Below are positions 30,638 through 41,754 of a DNA stretch of 64,000 nucleotides, piece by piece; positions within the stretch are counted from its first letter, which is position 1, and each line of letters opens with the position of its first letter. Under the pieces are notes generated by a model. It saw only the letters and a program-made list of their open reading frames with translations. It made no database searches and was not told the origin of the DNA. The stretch covers positions 480,001 to 544,000 of the forward strand of contig CAWGMA010000004.1 in NCBI GenBank assembly GCA_963823555.1, given 5' to 3'. The stretch comes from Candidatus Eiseniibacteriota bacterium. GTDB taxonomy: Bacteria; Eisenbacteria; RBG-16-71-46; CAVPCR01. The translations under genes and the position numbers were made by a program.

Positions 30638-32598
30638 GCCTCCAGACGGTAGAGGTAGAGTCCGCTCGGCACGCGCTGGCCGCGTTCATCGAGTCCGTTC
30701 CAGGAAACCTCGTGCCGTCCGGATGGGAGACTGGAGTCGAGAAGGGTTCGCACCAGGCGACCCTGGACGTCATAGACAGCCAGGAGCGCGTTGCTCGCCG
30801 ACTCGAGCGTGAAGGCGATGGTTGTCGTCGGGTTGAGCGGATTGGGGACATTCTGCTCGAGCTGGGCACGCACCGGAGCGCTTGTTGCCGGGTCCGCCAC
30901 CGCTGCGCCACCCTCCGGGCAAGCGCGGACGTTGTCGATCCAGAACTCCTGCCCGCCGACCTGGAACTCGCCGATCGAGCCGCCGGAGGCATAGAGCGCG
31001 CCGCAGCTCTGCCCGGGAGCCCCGTAGCTCACCACCCATACCTGCGCGCCACCGACCACCGCGCCGTTCAGGTCATCGAGGTCGGCGGCGTTGCGGCAGT
31101 CGCCGTTGATGGTGAGGTTCACGTTGCCTCCGTAGTCGCCGAAGTCGAGCGTGAGCCACTCGAGCGGCGCGCCGAAGTCGATCCGGAGGTTCACGTTGTT
31201 GAGGTTCAGCTCGCGGCCGGTGCCGCAGGCGCGGCCCACGTTCTGCACCTCGGCCCGGCCGCCGTTGAACGGGGTGGCGCAGGTGGCGCCTGGGAAGTAG
31301 AAGGTCTTGACCTCGTAGTTGGCGTTGTCGCTGGTGAAGGTCGCGCCCACCGGGTACGTGGCGCCGAGCGCGAGATCATCGAAGCTCGAGCGCAGCGGCT
31401 GCGGGCACTGGTTGCAGTAGCTGAGCTCATCGATGAACAGCTCCTGTCCGCCGATCACGAGCTGGTTGACGGTGCCGCCGAGGAAGACAGCGCCGCAGCC
31501 CTGGCCCGGCTGACCGCCGTCGAACACCTGGACACTGACCCCACCCACGATGGCGCCGTTCAGGTCCGCGAAGTTCGCGACCGAGCGGCAATCCCCGTTG
31601 ATGGTGAGGTTCACGTTGCCCCCGTACTCGCCATAGGGAATCACGACATCGCTGACCGGTCCGCCGAAGTCGAAGTCGAGGTTCACGTTGTTGACCTCGA
31701 TCTCCTTGCCGGCGCCGCAGGCGAGCCCCGAATTGCCGACCCGAGCCATGTTGGCCGTGGTCTGCCCGCTGCAGGGCCCGAGGGTCACGAAGAAGTCGCG
31801 CACGGTCACCGCGACGCCACCGGTCGTGAACATGCTCCCGCTGGGGTATGTGGCGCCGAGCGCGAGGTCTTCGAACTGGAGCTGGTTGCACGGCCCGGCC
31901 TCCGGGCCGCCGCAGTCGCCGAGGACCACGTTATCGACGCCCGCCAGGATCCCGGGTGGGGTCGGGGTGACGGGCGTCGAGATGCGCACCGAATTGAGTG
32001 CCGTGGCGCCGCCGAAACTGCCCGAGTGAGCGAGCACGTTATCGAGGAAGACCTCCCAGGTGTCGCCGGGCAGGTCGATCAGCACCCGGAGGTCGACGAC
32101 CCGGCCCAGGGTGTAACCGCCGATGACGACCGTGCCGCCCGTGGGAACGAAGACCGAGACCGTTCCGTTGGCCAGGAAGCGGATGGTGCGTACGCCAGGT
32201 GTGTCGAAGAGAATGCCGAGATCGGCCGTGGCCTGGGCGTTGGAGACCAGCACCTGGCTCGAGAAGCAGTAACGGTCGGCCGGCGGCAGACCATTGAGGG
32301 AGAGCGTGATCTGATCGCCCTGGCCGTCGGTGGAGCTCAGCTGGAGCGGCTGGTCGTTGAGGGCGCCGAGGGCGGTCACGACGGTCGGCGTCCCGAACGG
32401 AATGCTCGACACCGTGGCGCGCGGAATCGGGCCGCCCCCGGTGACGGGCGGGAGCCCCACTGTGTGCGGTGGCGTCCCGAAGTCGACATCGTAGTAGACG
32501 ATCGCCTGCGCGTTGGCAGCCGAGAACAGCACGAGAAGGAACAGCGCGAGGGAAGAGATGAAACGCTGATGCATCGTAGCCATCCTGGGGACGAGCAT
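30595..32598 (-). CDS. Secreted protein with two tandem Cys-containing domains and a FlgD-Ig C-terminal domain
   Basis: Signal peptide; duplicated F[ED]DLALGATYP...NNVNL..DFG...YGGNVNLTINGDCR...GGQE; QNVPNPLNP, YDVQGRLVR, SGLYLY; AAAGGAG RBS. Confidence 0.85.
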   Translation of the reverse strand: MLVPRMATMHQRFISSLALFLLVLFSAANAQAIVYYDVDFGTPPHTVGLPPVTGGGPIPRATVSSIPFGTPTVVTALGALNDQPLQLSSTDGQGDQITLSLNGLPPADRYCFSSQVLVSNAQATADLGILFDTPGVRTIRFLANGTVSVFVPTGGTVVIGGYTLGRVVDLRVLIDLPGDTWEVFLDNVLAHSGSFGGATALNSVRISTPVTPTPPGILAGVDNVVLGDCGGPEAGPCNQLQFEDLALGATYPSGSMFTTGGVAVTVRDFFVTLGPCSGQTTANMARVGNSGLACGAGKEIEVNNVNLDFDFGGPVSDVVIPYGEYGGNVNLTINGDCRSVANFADLNGAIVGGVSVQVFDGGQPGQGCGAVFLGGTVNQLVIGGQELFIDELSYCNQCPQPLRSSFDDLALGATYPVGATFTSDNANYEVKTFYFPGATCATPFNGGRAEVQNVGRACGTGRELNLNNVNLRIDFGAPLEWLTLDFGDYGGNVNLTINGDCRNAADLDDLNGAVVGGAQVWVVSYGAPGQSCGALYASGGSIGEFQVGGQEFWIDNVRACPEGGAAVADPATSAPVRAQLEQNVPNPLNPTTTIAFTLESASNALLAVYDVQGRLVRTLLDSSLPSGRHEVSWNGLDERGQRVPSGLYLYRLEAGSFSATRRMIVLK

Positions 32599-32756
32599 GG
32601 CATCTCCTTTGCGTTGCGGGGTCCAGTTGTGTTGATCGGAACTGCCGGGACGGAGTCCCTGCCAACACTCACCAGCATAGCACCGGGGCCGACAGGACGA
32701 AATGCGTTCACGCAATGTTCACATTGCAATGATGATTGTAGATTCCTGGGCTCCGC

Positions 32757-33635
32757 CTAATCCGCTTGGGTCGGCGTCGCTTGTGAACGCGCAAGCAGAG
32801 CCGTGGCCGCGATGATGAGGGTCCCGCCCCCGAAGGCGAGCGCATCGGGGCGCTCGTGGAACCAGATCCAGCCGAAGACGGCCCCGAAGAGAATTCCCCA
32901 GTAGGAGACGCCGGTCGCCCGCGCCGCCGGCTCGAGCTTGAGGCTCCAGGTCAGGAACACCTGGGCGATCGTGGTCGTCACCGCCACTCCCGCGAGAGCG
33001 AGCCACTCCCACCCTCGCGGCGCGACGAAATCGGTGAGCACGAAGGGCAGGGAGACCAGCGCCGAGATGAAGGGAAAGTAGAGGACAATGGTGAGCGGAT
33101 GCTCTGTTCTCGACAGCACGCGCACCAGCGCATAGGCCGCGGCCGCACCGATGGCGCTGCCCAGCGCGGCTGCGCCCGGCCACAGACTGAGTCCGCCCTC
33201 CGGCTTGACGATGAGGAGCGCCCCGGCAAAGGCGATGACGACCGCCGTCCACACCCTTCCCCCGGTGGATTCCCTGAGTACGAGCGGGGCGAAGAGCGCA
33301 AGCCAGATCGGATTGGTGTATTGCACGGTGACCGCACCGGCCAGCGGCAGGTGGGCGATCGCGTAGAAGTAGAGGGCGAGCGCGGTCGAGCCGACCACGC
33401 CGCGGGCGATGAGAAGCGCGCGTTTCTGTCCAAGGAGGGGGGCCCCGGCGCGCAGGGCGAGACCGAGAGATAAGAGCGCGGAGAGAACGCTCCGCGCGAA
33501 CACGACCTCCATCGGCGGCAGCCGCCGGCAGGCGAGCTTGACGAGCGCCGCCATGAGCGCGAAGAAGAACGCGGCCAGGATCATGTAGGTTAGACCGCGG
33601 CGCAGGAGCGGCGGAGCGTTCGCGCTTCGGCTCAC
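32757..33635 (-). CDS. DMT/EamA family transporter
   Basis: About 10 hydrophobic helices, EVVFAR, YTNP, LVLRE, IWFHERP. Confidence 0.9.
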   Translation of the reverse strand: MSRSANAPPLLRRGLTYMILAAFFFALMAALVKLACRRLPPMEVVFARSVLSALLSLGLALRAGAPLLGQKRALLIARGVVGSTALALYFYAIAHLPLAGAVTVQYTNPIWLALFAPLVLRESTGGRVWTAVVIAFAGALLIVKPEGGLSLWPGAAALGSAIGAAAAYALVRVLSRTEHPLTIVLYFPFISALVSLPFVLTDFVAPRGWEWLALAGVAVTTTIAQVFLTWSLKLEPAARATGVSYWGILFGAVFGWIWFHERPDALAFGGGTLIIAATALLARSQATPTQAD

Positions 33636-34354
33636 GCTGTATCCGGCCCGCTGGTGTCCGCCGCCGGCTCCGGGTTCCACACCGCGACGTCGCCCAGCGG
33701 CTTTCGTCGCAGGTCGGGCACTCGCGCCGCCGGTGCCGCGTAGCCGATGGGGAAGAGAATGTAAGGGCGCTCGTTCTCCGGGCGACCCAGGATCCTGGCG
33801 AGGAAGCCCATCGGGCTCGGCGTGTGAGTGAGCGTGGCCAGTCCCATGTGATGGAGCGCGGCGATGAACAGGCCGCAAGCGATGCCGACGCTCTCCTTGA
33901 CGTAGTAGTTGCGGACCGTGCGCCCGTCAGGCGCCACCCCGTGGACCTCCTCGAACACGACGACGAGCCACGGTGCGATCTCGAGGTACGGCTTTTCCCA
34001 GGTGGTGCCGAGCGGAGCCAGGGCCTCCCGCCATTCGTCCGTCATGCGCTCCTCGTAGGAGCGTCTCTCCTCGGCCTCGGCGGCCTGGCGGATCCGGCGC
34101 TTGAGAGCAGGGTCGTCCACGGCGACGAAACGCCAGGGCTGGCGGTGAGCGCCGGAGGGTGCGGTCGCCGCCGTCTGGATCGCGAGCTCGATGAGTCGAC
34201 GCGGCACCGGATCGGGTGCGAAGTGACGGACGCTCCGCCGGCTGTTCATCTCGGTATGGAAAGTTACGGCTCGGCGCAGCATATCGTCTGGTGCGAGGCG
34301 GGGCATCCGGTAAGGGATGAAGGAGTGATCGCGAGGTGAGTGCGGCTGGCTCAT
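33632..34354 (-). CDS. Nitroreductase family protein, iodotyrosine deiodinase-like
   Basis: RRSVRHF, APSGAHRQPW, AEAEERRSY, W..LAPLGT..KPYLE.AP, YVKESVGIACG, TLTHTPSPM. Confidence 0.9.
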   Translation of the reverse strand: MSQPHSPRDHSFIPYRMPRLAPDDMLRRAVTFHTEMNSRRSVRHFAPDPVPRRLIELAIQTAATAPSGAHRQPWRFVAVDDPALKRRIRQAAEAEERRSYEERMTDEWREALAPLGTTWEKPYLEIAPWLVVVFEEVHGVAPDGRTVRNYYVKESVGIACGLFIAALHHMGLATLTHTPSPMGFLARILGRPENERPYILFPIGYAAPAARVPDLRRKPLGDVAVWNPEPAADTSGPDTA

Positions 34355-34364
34355 GGGGCGGTCC

Positions 34365-35048
34365 TCATCGGGCGATGTCGCCGAACGTGGCTTGCCATGC
34401 CGGATGCTCGCCGGCAAGCGTGAGCGCTGCTTCGAGCCGCGCGCGGCTTCCCGGGCGGTGGATCCAGGTGGAGCGGCCGGACGGGTGGGGGAGCGGAATC
34501 ACCGTGACCGGATGCGCACCGATCCGGCCGTCGAAGCGGCGTCCGATCACCTCGTCGAGCGTGGCGCATTCGAGAAAGCGATCGATGGCGAGCCGCCCCA
34601 CGGCGAGGATCAGGCCCGGCTCGAGGAGCGAAACCTCGCGCTCGACGAACGGGAAGCAGTTCCGGATCTCCGCCCCGTCGGGCACGCGGTCGCCGCCGGC
34701 CGGTGTGCGGCCGGGGAAGCAGCGGGCGACCGCAGCCATGTGCACGCGCGAGCGGAAGGTGGCCTCATCGACGCCGAGCCGCGCGAACCAGCCGAACATG
34801 ACCTTGCCCGCGGTCCAGGCGAAGGGGTATCCGGCGTAGCGCTCACGCGGTCCCGGCGCCTGGCCGATGAGCATGATCCTGGCACCGGGGGCGGGCCCCA
34901 CGACCGGCGGGCCGATGACGCTCGGACACTTCCGGCAGGAGCGAAGCTCGGCAATGTGGCGCGCGTAGGGGCCCGCGCCGCGGGGATCGGTGGCGCGGAG
35001 GCCATAGGGGGGTTCTGGTATCGGCTTGGGTTCGTGCTTCGGTTTCAT
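34365..35048 (-). CDS. Uracil-DNA glycosylase superfamily protein
   Basis: CRKC, LIGQAPG, PFAWTAG, RCFPG, LPHPSG. Confidence 0.88.
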   Translation of the reverse strand: MKPKHEPKPIPEPPYGLRATDPRGAGPYARHIAELRSCRKCPSVIGPPVVGPAPGARIMLIGQAPGPRERYAGYPFAWTAGKVMFGWFARLGVDEATFRSRVHMAAVARCFPGRTPAGGDRVPDGAEIRNCFPFVEREVSLLEPGLILAVGRLAIDRFLECATLDEVIGRRFDGRIGAHPVTVIPLPHPSGRSTWIHRPGSRARLEAALTLAGEHPAWQATFGDIAR

Positions 35049-35929
35049 GTGCGTAGCAGGATGAGGAGGACAGGCAGGATCCCGATCGCCGCCAGCGACG
35101 TCAGGAACACGACCGAGGCCACGAGATCGGAGTCGGCCCGGTACTGGCGGGCGAGGACCACGTTGACGACCGCCGAGGGCATGGTCGAGACGAGGATGAC
35201 GACATCGCGGGCGATGCCGGTGATGCCGAGGAGGCGGACGACCGCGAGCCCGAGCGCGAAGCCGACTCCGAGCCGCATCACGGCGCCGAGAACGGCGAGC
35301 CGCACGTCGCGGAGGCGCATCTCGCCCAGGCTGTAGCCGTAGATGAAGAGGATGACCGGGATGGCGGCCTGCCCCAGCATGTCGGTGGCCTCGAGGATGA
35401 AGCCGGGGACCGGGACCCGCGTCGCCTTGAGGAGGATCGCCGCGAAGGTGGCGATGGTGACGGGGGTGGTCAGGAGCCGGCGCGGGTCGGGGGAGCGCGA
35501 GACGATGGCGATCCCGACCGTGTAGAGCAGGGTCACCGTCGCCAGGTAGTAGAGGACTCCGTAGCCGAGACCGACGCGTCCGTAGTTGGCTTCGAGGATG
35601 GGAAAGGGGAGATTCGCCGAGTTCATGAACACGATCGGCAGGTACAGCCCGCGGCGGTCCACCTTGAGAAGCCGGAAGACGAGGAAGGCGAGGGCGAGGG
35701 TCGCCAGCATGACCAGCGCGCCGCCACCGGCCACCGTGACCATGTCGTGGGCGTTCGTCTCCATGCCGGTGATCGCCGAGAAGGCGAGGCAGGGGACGAA
35801 CAGCTTCATCGAGAGATCGGTCATGGTCTCGATATCGCGCCGCCACAGGCGCTGGAACACGAGCCCGAGCGCCATCACGGCGAACGTCGTTCCCACCGAG
35901 ACCAGGACTTCGGCCACCACCGGGTTCAT
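35045..35929 (-). CDS. AEC (auxin efflux carrier-like) transporter
   Basis: VPCLAF, FMNSANLPFP, LGQAAIP, MPSAV; multi-pass TM. Confidence 0.88.
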   Translation of the reverse strand: MNPVVAEVLVSVGTTFAVMALGLVFQRLWRRDIETMTDLSMKLFVPCLAFSAITGMETNAHDMVTVAGGGALVMLATLALAFLVFRLLKVDRRGLYLPIVFMNSANLPFPILEANYGRVGLGYGVLYYLATVTLLYTVGIAIVSRSPDPRRLLTTPVTIATFAAILLKATRVPVPGFILEATDMLGQAAIPVILFIYGYSLGEMRLRDVRLAVLGAVMRLGVGFALGLAVVRLLGITGIARDVVILVSTMPSAVVNVVLARQYRADSDLVASVVFLTSLAAIGILPVLLILLRT

Positions 35930-36206
35930 GGCGGGCGAAGGTAGCAGATCGGTGCCGGGTTGGGTTCGCCGGGCGGCGCTGCCCGGCCGCAAGCCGCCAC
36001 TCCGGCCCCAACCTCTCAACCATGCTCGCAGCTCTGCACGCTCGGTGTATGATGAATCCGCTCATGGGCGTCCCGGGGGCCAGTCCCCAGGGGGAGATGC
36101 TCACCCAGCTACCCAAGGCTCGACGCTCCACTCAACCCGGCGCCGCGGTGTGGCCCGCGTCGGTCGAGTCGCGCCGCGTCGCCACTCGCAAGTCAAGGAG
36201 TCGGCG

Positions 36207-37058
36207 ATGAACTCGCATTGCTCGGCGATGGCTGGGACGGTCGGCTTGGCGGCCGGCCTTCTACTCATTCTCGCCTGCGGCGGCGGCGACGATGGTGACG
36301 ACATCACTGGGCCGGACGGTGATGTCGATGTCATGTCCCAGCTAGGTCCTGCCCTCGTCACTGAACTCGGCAATCTCAGCACCATTCTCCGGCTTCCCAG
36401 CGGCCCGCCGGGGTGCCTGACGGTGACTCCCCTGCCATTCCCGGACTCGGACGGCGATGGAGTTCCTGACTCGGCGCACTTTGCCTTCGACGAAACCGGA
36501 TGCACCTTCGTGTTCACCGGGGGATCGGGAACGAGCTGGGGCACGATCGATGTCACGGATCCCGGGGCCTCCTTCGGGTTCAGTACGCTCCATGCCGTGT
36601 CGCACGCGATCAGTACCGTTGATCCTCCCTCGACTCGGACCCTCACGATCAACGGGACGCGGACGGTCGGCGGCACGCCGACGCGCCTTACACTGAGCGA
36701 GGACATCCAGCTCGCGTTCAGCATGACCGGCAAGCCAGCCAGCGCGGCGACCGAGCGCTGGACCGCCGTTTTCACGCCTGAAGATGGCTCGAGCGTGGTC
36801 TTCGGCCTCGGCGTTCCACTGCCCTCGGGTCAGATCGATCTCGCCGGCACCCTGATCTGGATGCAGGAGGGCATCACCGTCACGCTGGCCGTCTCGACGG
36901 CGGTGCCGATCGCGATCGACACGGCGTGCGAGTCGCCGTTCCCGGTGGCCGGCGAGGTCCGCTTCCAGGTCACGAGCGGAGCGGCCCCCGGCTACGTGAG
37001 CGTGCGATTCACCGGCTGCGGCGGGGAGATGGAGGTGGACTGGGTGCCGGCGGGGTGA
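36207..37058 (+). CDS. Hypothetical lipoprotein
   Basis: ILAC lipobox, DSDGDGVPD Ca-binding-like motif, beta-rich; AAGGAG RBS. Confidence 0.7.
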   Translation: MNSHCSAMAGTVGLAAGLLLILACGGGDDGDDITGPDGDVDVMSQLGPALVTELGNLSTILRLPSGPPGCLTVTPLPFPDSDGDGVPDSAHFAFDETGCTFVFTGGSGTSWGTIDVTDPGASFGFSTLHAVSHAISTVDPPSTRTLTINGTRTVGGTPTRLTLSEDIQLAFSMTGKPASAATERWTAVFTPEDGSSVVFGLGVPLPSGQIDLAGTLIWMQEGITVTLAVSTAVPIAIDTACESPFPVAGEVRFQVTSGAAPGYVSVRFTGCGGEMEVDWVPAG

Positions 37059-37659
37059 TGCCGATCAGCCGTCGATCTCCACGCCTGGATAGCGAGCCTT
37101 GCTCCATGACCGCGATCTCGGTGCCGGGAGTCATGTAGACACTGTCCACCGGGCGGGTTCCGACTCTGGCTGCTACCCGCCGAGTACGGCAACCAGTGCT
37201 GGGTGTTTCGCCAGGTCAAGCCGTTCGCCAGGGTCCGCCCAGGAGCACCAGCAGGATGGGCATCGAATAGTAGTAGAGGCAGCTGAGCAGGCGCGGATCG
37301 CCGTTCATCTCTTTCGCCTGCTTGGATCTAATATCCATATTGCAGATTGGTGGTTGTTGGATCCCGGCGATGGTGTTCACCCTTTTGCGGAGGCGCGAAA
37401 TTTCCGCGAATTTCTTCTAAGTTGCCGAGTGGCAAGCGAGTCCACTGCTCGGGCCGATGGGTCTTTGAGACTTCTGTGAGGGTTGATCGGCTAGCCTTCT
37501 CGTGTGCGCCGAGGAGCACCCCGGCCGTGGGCCGTCGGAACGGCGCCGAAGCGGCGGAAAGCCGCCCCACACATCTCATCCGTGTCGCGATTCACGGGCG
37601 CGATGGGCAGCATGCCAAGAGGGTCCGCGCCGCCGCCTACTGAAGAGGAGGATAAGGCC

Positions 37660-38679
37660 ATGGATGGACATGGACCTGTCCAGCAGGTGGCATGGGCAGG
37701 GCTCGTCGCAATTGCCAGCACCTTGCTTGTCGCAAATTGTCTACAGGACCCGGGGGCCGACGCCGTGTTCGGCCCCGGGCTCGGAGCGTTCGAGGACGGA
37801 ACCCAGTCGCGGACGATCGATGCACCCGATCCGGCCATCGCCTTCGTCACCTATGAGGGGCGGCACGTCAGCTCTCTCAAGGTCATGGATGCGGACGGTT
37901 CCAACCGGGCCACGGTCTTCTCCGCGCCCGATGATATCCAGATGCTCCCATCCTGGTCGCCCGATGGGAGAAGCATCGCGTTTCACCACGATGGCACCCC
38001 CGCTTCGTGCGGGTGGAATCTCGCGCGCATCGACGTCGAGGTCGTGGACGGCGTGCCGACGGGCGCCAACTTCGAGATCCTGCTGGAGCGGAACAACTCG
38101 ATCACCGAGGTCGCGTGGTCGCCGCTTGGAACCGAGATCGCCTTCGTCGATCTCGAGTCGAGGGCTCTCGAGGTGGTGCCAGCTTCCGGCGGAGACGCGG
38201 TCGTCGTGTATGTGTCGCCGCCAGGTCTCCTGCCTCACTATCCGGCGTGGAGCCGTGACGGGACTCTGATCGCGTTCGTGGAGTGGGAGCCCGCCGCAGC
38301 TGCCTACGCCATCCGCGCCGTCAACACGACGACGGGGCGTCTCAGCACCTTGCTCGGCGCCGCTTTCTCGCGGCAGATGCAACAGCCAGGCTATTCGGGG
38401 CTCATTCGCTTCCTCGACTGGGGCCACACCTGGGATTGCCTGACCTTCGATGTGATCGGCCGCGGCGAAATCTACGTGCTGGAAGTTCCAGGAGGGACGC
38501 CAAGGCTCGTTGCCAGGGGCAACTTCCCCACGTGGTCCCCGGACGACTCGGAGATCCTCTTCTCCGGTGGCCACGGGCGGCTCAGCAAGGTGGATCCGAA
38601 GACCGGAGCCGTCACAGAGGTGGGCGGTGACGGCAACTGGCCGGACTGGCGCGCGCACCGGATGGCGCCGTCGAGTTGA
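37660..38679 (+). CDS. TolB-like PD40 beta-propeller, secreted
   Basis: MDADGSN, PSWSPDG, PAWSRDG, PTWSPDD, PDW repeats; GAGGAGG RBS. Confidence 0.85.
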   Translation: MDGHGPVQQVAWAGLVAIASTLLVANCLQDPGADAVFGPGLGAFEDGTQSRTIDAPDPAIAFVTYEGRHVSSLKVMDADGSNRATVFSAPDDIQMLPSWSPDGRSIAFHHDGTPASCGWNLARIDVEVVDGVPTGANFEILLERNNSITEVAWSPLGTEIAFVDLESRALEVVPASGGDAVVVYVSPPGLLPHYPAWSRDGTLIAFVEWEPAAAAYAIRAVNTTTGRLSTLLGAAFSRQMQQPGYSGLIRFLDWGHTWDCLTFDVIGRGEIYVLEVPGGTPRLVARGNFPTWSPDDSEILFSGGHGRLSKVDPKTGAVTEVGGDGNWPDWRAHRMAPSS

Positions 38680-38817
38680 GGGCTCGGGTGCCGAATCGCG
38701 GCCAGGCAGTGACGGGGGCCGGCTACCGTGGGCGGTCGATGCTGGCCGATTGAAGGCCGGCCCCGACCGCTGCTAGGATCCACCGGTCGAGAACGACCCG
38801 AGGAGGAGCGCACCCCC

Positions 38818-39144
38818 TTGAACAGCCCGCCCGATCGACTTGCCGGCATGCTCGCCTATGTCGAGGCTCATCCCGACGAGCCGTTTCCCCGCTATGGACT
38901 CGCGATGGAGCTTGCCAAGCGCGAGCAGCTCGCCGAGGCGGATACGCAGTTCGCCGAGCTTCGCCGCCGCCATCCCGATTACCTGCCCGCCTACTATCAC
39001 CATGGGATGCTCCTCGTCCGCCTCGACCGAGAGGCCGACGCGCGCGCGACCTGGGAGGAGGGCATCCGGCTTGCCGGGGCCAAGGGGGATCTGCACACGA
39101 AGAGCGAGCTCGAGACCGTGCTCACGGATCTCGGTCCGGCCTGA
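38818..39144 (+). CDS. Small TPR protein
   Basis: PDEPFPRYGLAME, HPDYLPAYYHHG, GDLHTKSEL. Confidence 0.8.
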   Translation: MNSPPDRLAGMLAYVEAHPDEPFPRYGLAMELAKREQLAEADTQFAELRRRHPDYLPAYYHHGMLLVRLDREADARATWEEGIRLAGAKGDLHTKSELETVLTDLGPA

Positions 39145-39159
39145 CGCGGTCCGACGGAG

Positions 39160-39600
39160 CTATTGGCCGATATCCTCCTGCCACAGCTCCGGGTGATCGC
39201 GCATGAAGACATCCATCAATGCCTTGCAGGCCGGATCGTCGAGGTCGATCACCTCGACGCCGTGGCTCTCCATGAACGAGCGGGCACCGGGGAAGCTCTT
39301 GGCCTCACCGGCGATCACCTTCGGGATGCCGAACTGGACGACGGCACCCGCGCACAGATAGCAGGGCATGAGGGTCGAGACCAGGATCGTGTCGCGATAG
39401 GTCTTCTGGCGGCCGGCATTGCGCAGGCAATCGATCTCGGCGTGGGCCATCGGATCGTGCGCCTGCACGCGCCGGTTGTGTCCGCGCCCGATGATCTCGC
39501 CACCGCGATAGAGCACGGAGCCGATCGGGATGCCGCCTTCATCGAGACCGCGGCGGGCTTCGCTGATGGCCCCGGCGAGGAGGATGCTCCACTCGTGCAT
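39160..39600 (-). CDS. Cytosine/nucleoside deaminase (CDA fold)
   Basis: EGGIPIGSVL, GHNRRVQ, HAEIDCL, PCYLC, W.EDIG. Confidence 0.92.
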   Translation of the reverse strand: MHEWSILLAGAISEARRGLDEGGIPIGSVLYRGGEIIGRGHNRRVQAHDPMAHAEIDCLRNAGRQKTYRDTILVSTLMPCYLCAGAVVQFGIPKVIAGEAKSFPGARSFMESHGVEVIDLDDPACKALMDVFMRDHPELWQEDIGQ

Positions 39601-39633
39601 CGGCTCGCCCACTCTTCCTGTTACGCGCCTGAT

Positions 39634-41754
39634 CTAGTACTCCGCGATGTCGCGAATCGCCGCCAGGACGTCCTCGGTCTGCGGCAGGATCTCGTCCTCG
39701 ATGTTGGGGGCGTAGGCGACGGGCGTGTCGAGGCTGGCCACGCGCCGCACCGGCGCGTCCAGCCACTCGAACGCCTGATCGGCGATCCATGCCGCCACCT
39801 CGGCCCCATAGCCGAATGAGATGTTGTCCTCGTAGACGACGAGGGCCTTGCCGGTCTTCTTGACCGACTCCCCGACCGCTTCCTGGTCCCAGGGGGCGAG
39901 GGAACGCAGATCGAGGATCTCGGTCTCGATGCCCTGCTCGCTCGCCGCCCGTTCGGCGGCGATCATCGAACGCCTGACCAGCGCGCCGTAGGTGATGAGG
40001 GTGAGATCGCGCCCTTCACGGGCCTTGCGGGCCTTGCCGAAAGGCACCATGTAGTCGGGGCCGGGATAGGGGCCCTTGGCATAGGGCTGGCGATAGAGAT
40101 GCTTGTGCTCGAGGAAGAGCACCGGATCGTCGCAGCGGATCGCCGTGCGCAAGAGTCCGTTGGCATCGAGCGCGTTCGATGGCATGACCACCCGCAAGCC
40201 GGGGGAGTGGGTGAAGAGCACCTCCCCCGACTGGCTGTGATAGACGGCGCCGCCGCCCAGATAGCCTCCGATCGGCACCCGGATCACGAGCGGGCACTTG
40301 AAGGCGTTGTTCGAGCGCCACCGCATCATCGCCAGCTCATTCCGGATCTGCATCATGGCCGGCCAGATGTAGTCGAAGAACTGGATCTCGGGCACCGGCT
40401 TGAGCCCCCGCGTTGCCATGCCGATGGCGCGCCCGACGATGTTGGCCTCGGCGAGCGGGGTGTTGAACACCCGCTCGCTGCCGAACTGACGCTGGAGCTT
40501 GTGCGTCACCTTGAATACGCCGCCCTTGCCGGGAGCCGATTCCAGGATCTCGTCACGAGTGGCATCGGCGCAGTCCTCGCCGAAGACCAGGATGCGCGGG
40601 TCGCGCGCCATCTCGTCGCGGAGACAGCGGTTCACCGCCTCGACGACCGAGATCATCTCGGTCGAGGGCTCGGGTTCGGTGGCGAACTCATCCGAGGTCG
40701 GATCGACGTCCGGCGAGTAGACGTAGAGCGTGGACGAGCCGGCGGGCGGACGCGGCGCCTTGATGGCGGCGTCGGCGGCGGCCCTCACTTCGGCCTGGAC
40801 CTCCTGCCGGACGCGCTCGACATCGTTGGGGGTGATGATCTCCCGCTCGAGGAGGTGGCGTTCGAGGATGCGGATGCAGTCCTGCTCCGCCTCGATCTTG
40901 AGCTCATCCTGCGACCGGTAGAACGAGTGATCATCCGACATGGAGTGCGAGTACGGGCGCGTGACCCGGGCATGGACGAGCGCCGGGCCGCGCCGGGCGC
41001 GGCAATGCTCGACGGCCTTCCGGCAGGCATCAAGCGAGGCGTGGATGTCGTTGCCATCCACCTCGAGATGGAAGAGGCCGGGATAATGGCGGACGATGGC
41101 CGAGATCGAGCCGCCGGGGGTCTGCACCTCGACCGGTACCGAGATGGCATAGCCGTTGTCCTCGACCAGGAAGAAGACGGGAAGGCGCTCGACGCTCGCG
41201 GTCGAGAGGGCCTCCCAGAATTCCCCCTCCGACGTGGCCCCATCGCCGATCGAGACGTAGGCGACCTCATCTTCCCGGTAGAGCTCCTCGCGGCCGGCGA
41301 TGTCCTGGATCACGCTCATGTAGCGGGCGGCCTCGGCGCAGCCGACGGCCTGGAGGCACTGGCTGCCGGTGGGGCTCGACTGCGACACCACGTTGAGGCG
41401 CTGGTGTCCCCAGTGGCTCGGCATCTGCCGGGCGCCCGAGTTCGGGTCCTCGATCGAACCGACGCCGCAGAGGAACATCTCCGTCGGTGTCATGCCCAGC
41501 TCGAGCATCAGGGCGCGGTCCCGGTAGTACGGGTAGAACCAGTCATGGCTGGGACGCAGCGCCTTGCCCGCCGCGATCAGGACGGCCTCGTGGCCGGCCC
41601 CCGAGATCTGGAAGAAGATCTGGTTCTTGCGCTTGAGCCGGATCTCCTCGTCGTCGATGGTCCGCGAGACCAGCATCGTGCGATAGATGCCGAGAAGCTC
41701 CTCGTGCTCGGGGGCGTGGGATGCTGTGTTGATCCGGTGGTTCGTGTCCGTCAC
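39634..41754 (-). CDS. 2-oxoacid (branched-chain) dehydrogenase E1, fused alpha/beta
   Basis: [27 protein letters not shown] motif, HSMSDD, FGED, EIQFFDY, YHSQS, FLEHK. Confidence 0.95.
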   Translation of the reverse strand: MTDTNHRINTASHAPEHEELLGIYRTMLVSRTIDDEEIRLKRKNQIFFQISGAGHEAVLIAAGKALRPSHDWFYPYYRDRALMLELGMTPTEMFLCGVGSIEDPNSGARQMPSHWGHQRLNVVSQSSPTGSQCLQAVGCAEAARYMSVIQDIAGREELYREDEVAYVSIGDGATSEGEFWEALSTASVERLPVFFLVEDNGYAISVPVEVQTPGGSISAIVRHYPGLFHLEVDGNDIHASLDACRKAVEHCRARRGPALVHARVTRPYSHSMSDDHSFYRSQDELKIEAEQDCIRILERHLLEREIITPNDVERVRQEVQAEVRAAADAAIKAPRPPAGSSTLYVYSPDVDPTSDEFATEPEPSTEMISVVEAVNRCLRDEMARDPRILVFGEDCADATRDEILESAPGKGGVFKVTHKLQRQFGSERVFNTPLAEANIVGRAIGMATRGLKPVPEIQFFDYIWPAMMQIRNELAMMRWRSNNAFKCPLVIRVPIGGYLGGGAVYHSQSGEVLFTHSPGLRVVMPSNALDANGLLRTAIRCDDPVLFLEHKHLYRQPYAKGPYPGPDYMVPFGKARKAREGRDLTLITYGALVRRSMIAAERAASEQGIETEILDLRSLAPWDQEAVGESVKKTGKALVVYEDNISFGYGAEVAAWIADQAFEWLDAPVRRVASLDTPVAYAPNIEDEILPQTEDVLAAIRDIAEY

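Noticed and set aside
37060..37650. Lower-GC intergenic stretch with short ORFs
   Set aside because: No recognisable motif, RBS-supported ORF or repeat; possibly gene debris
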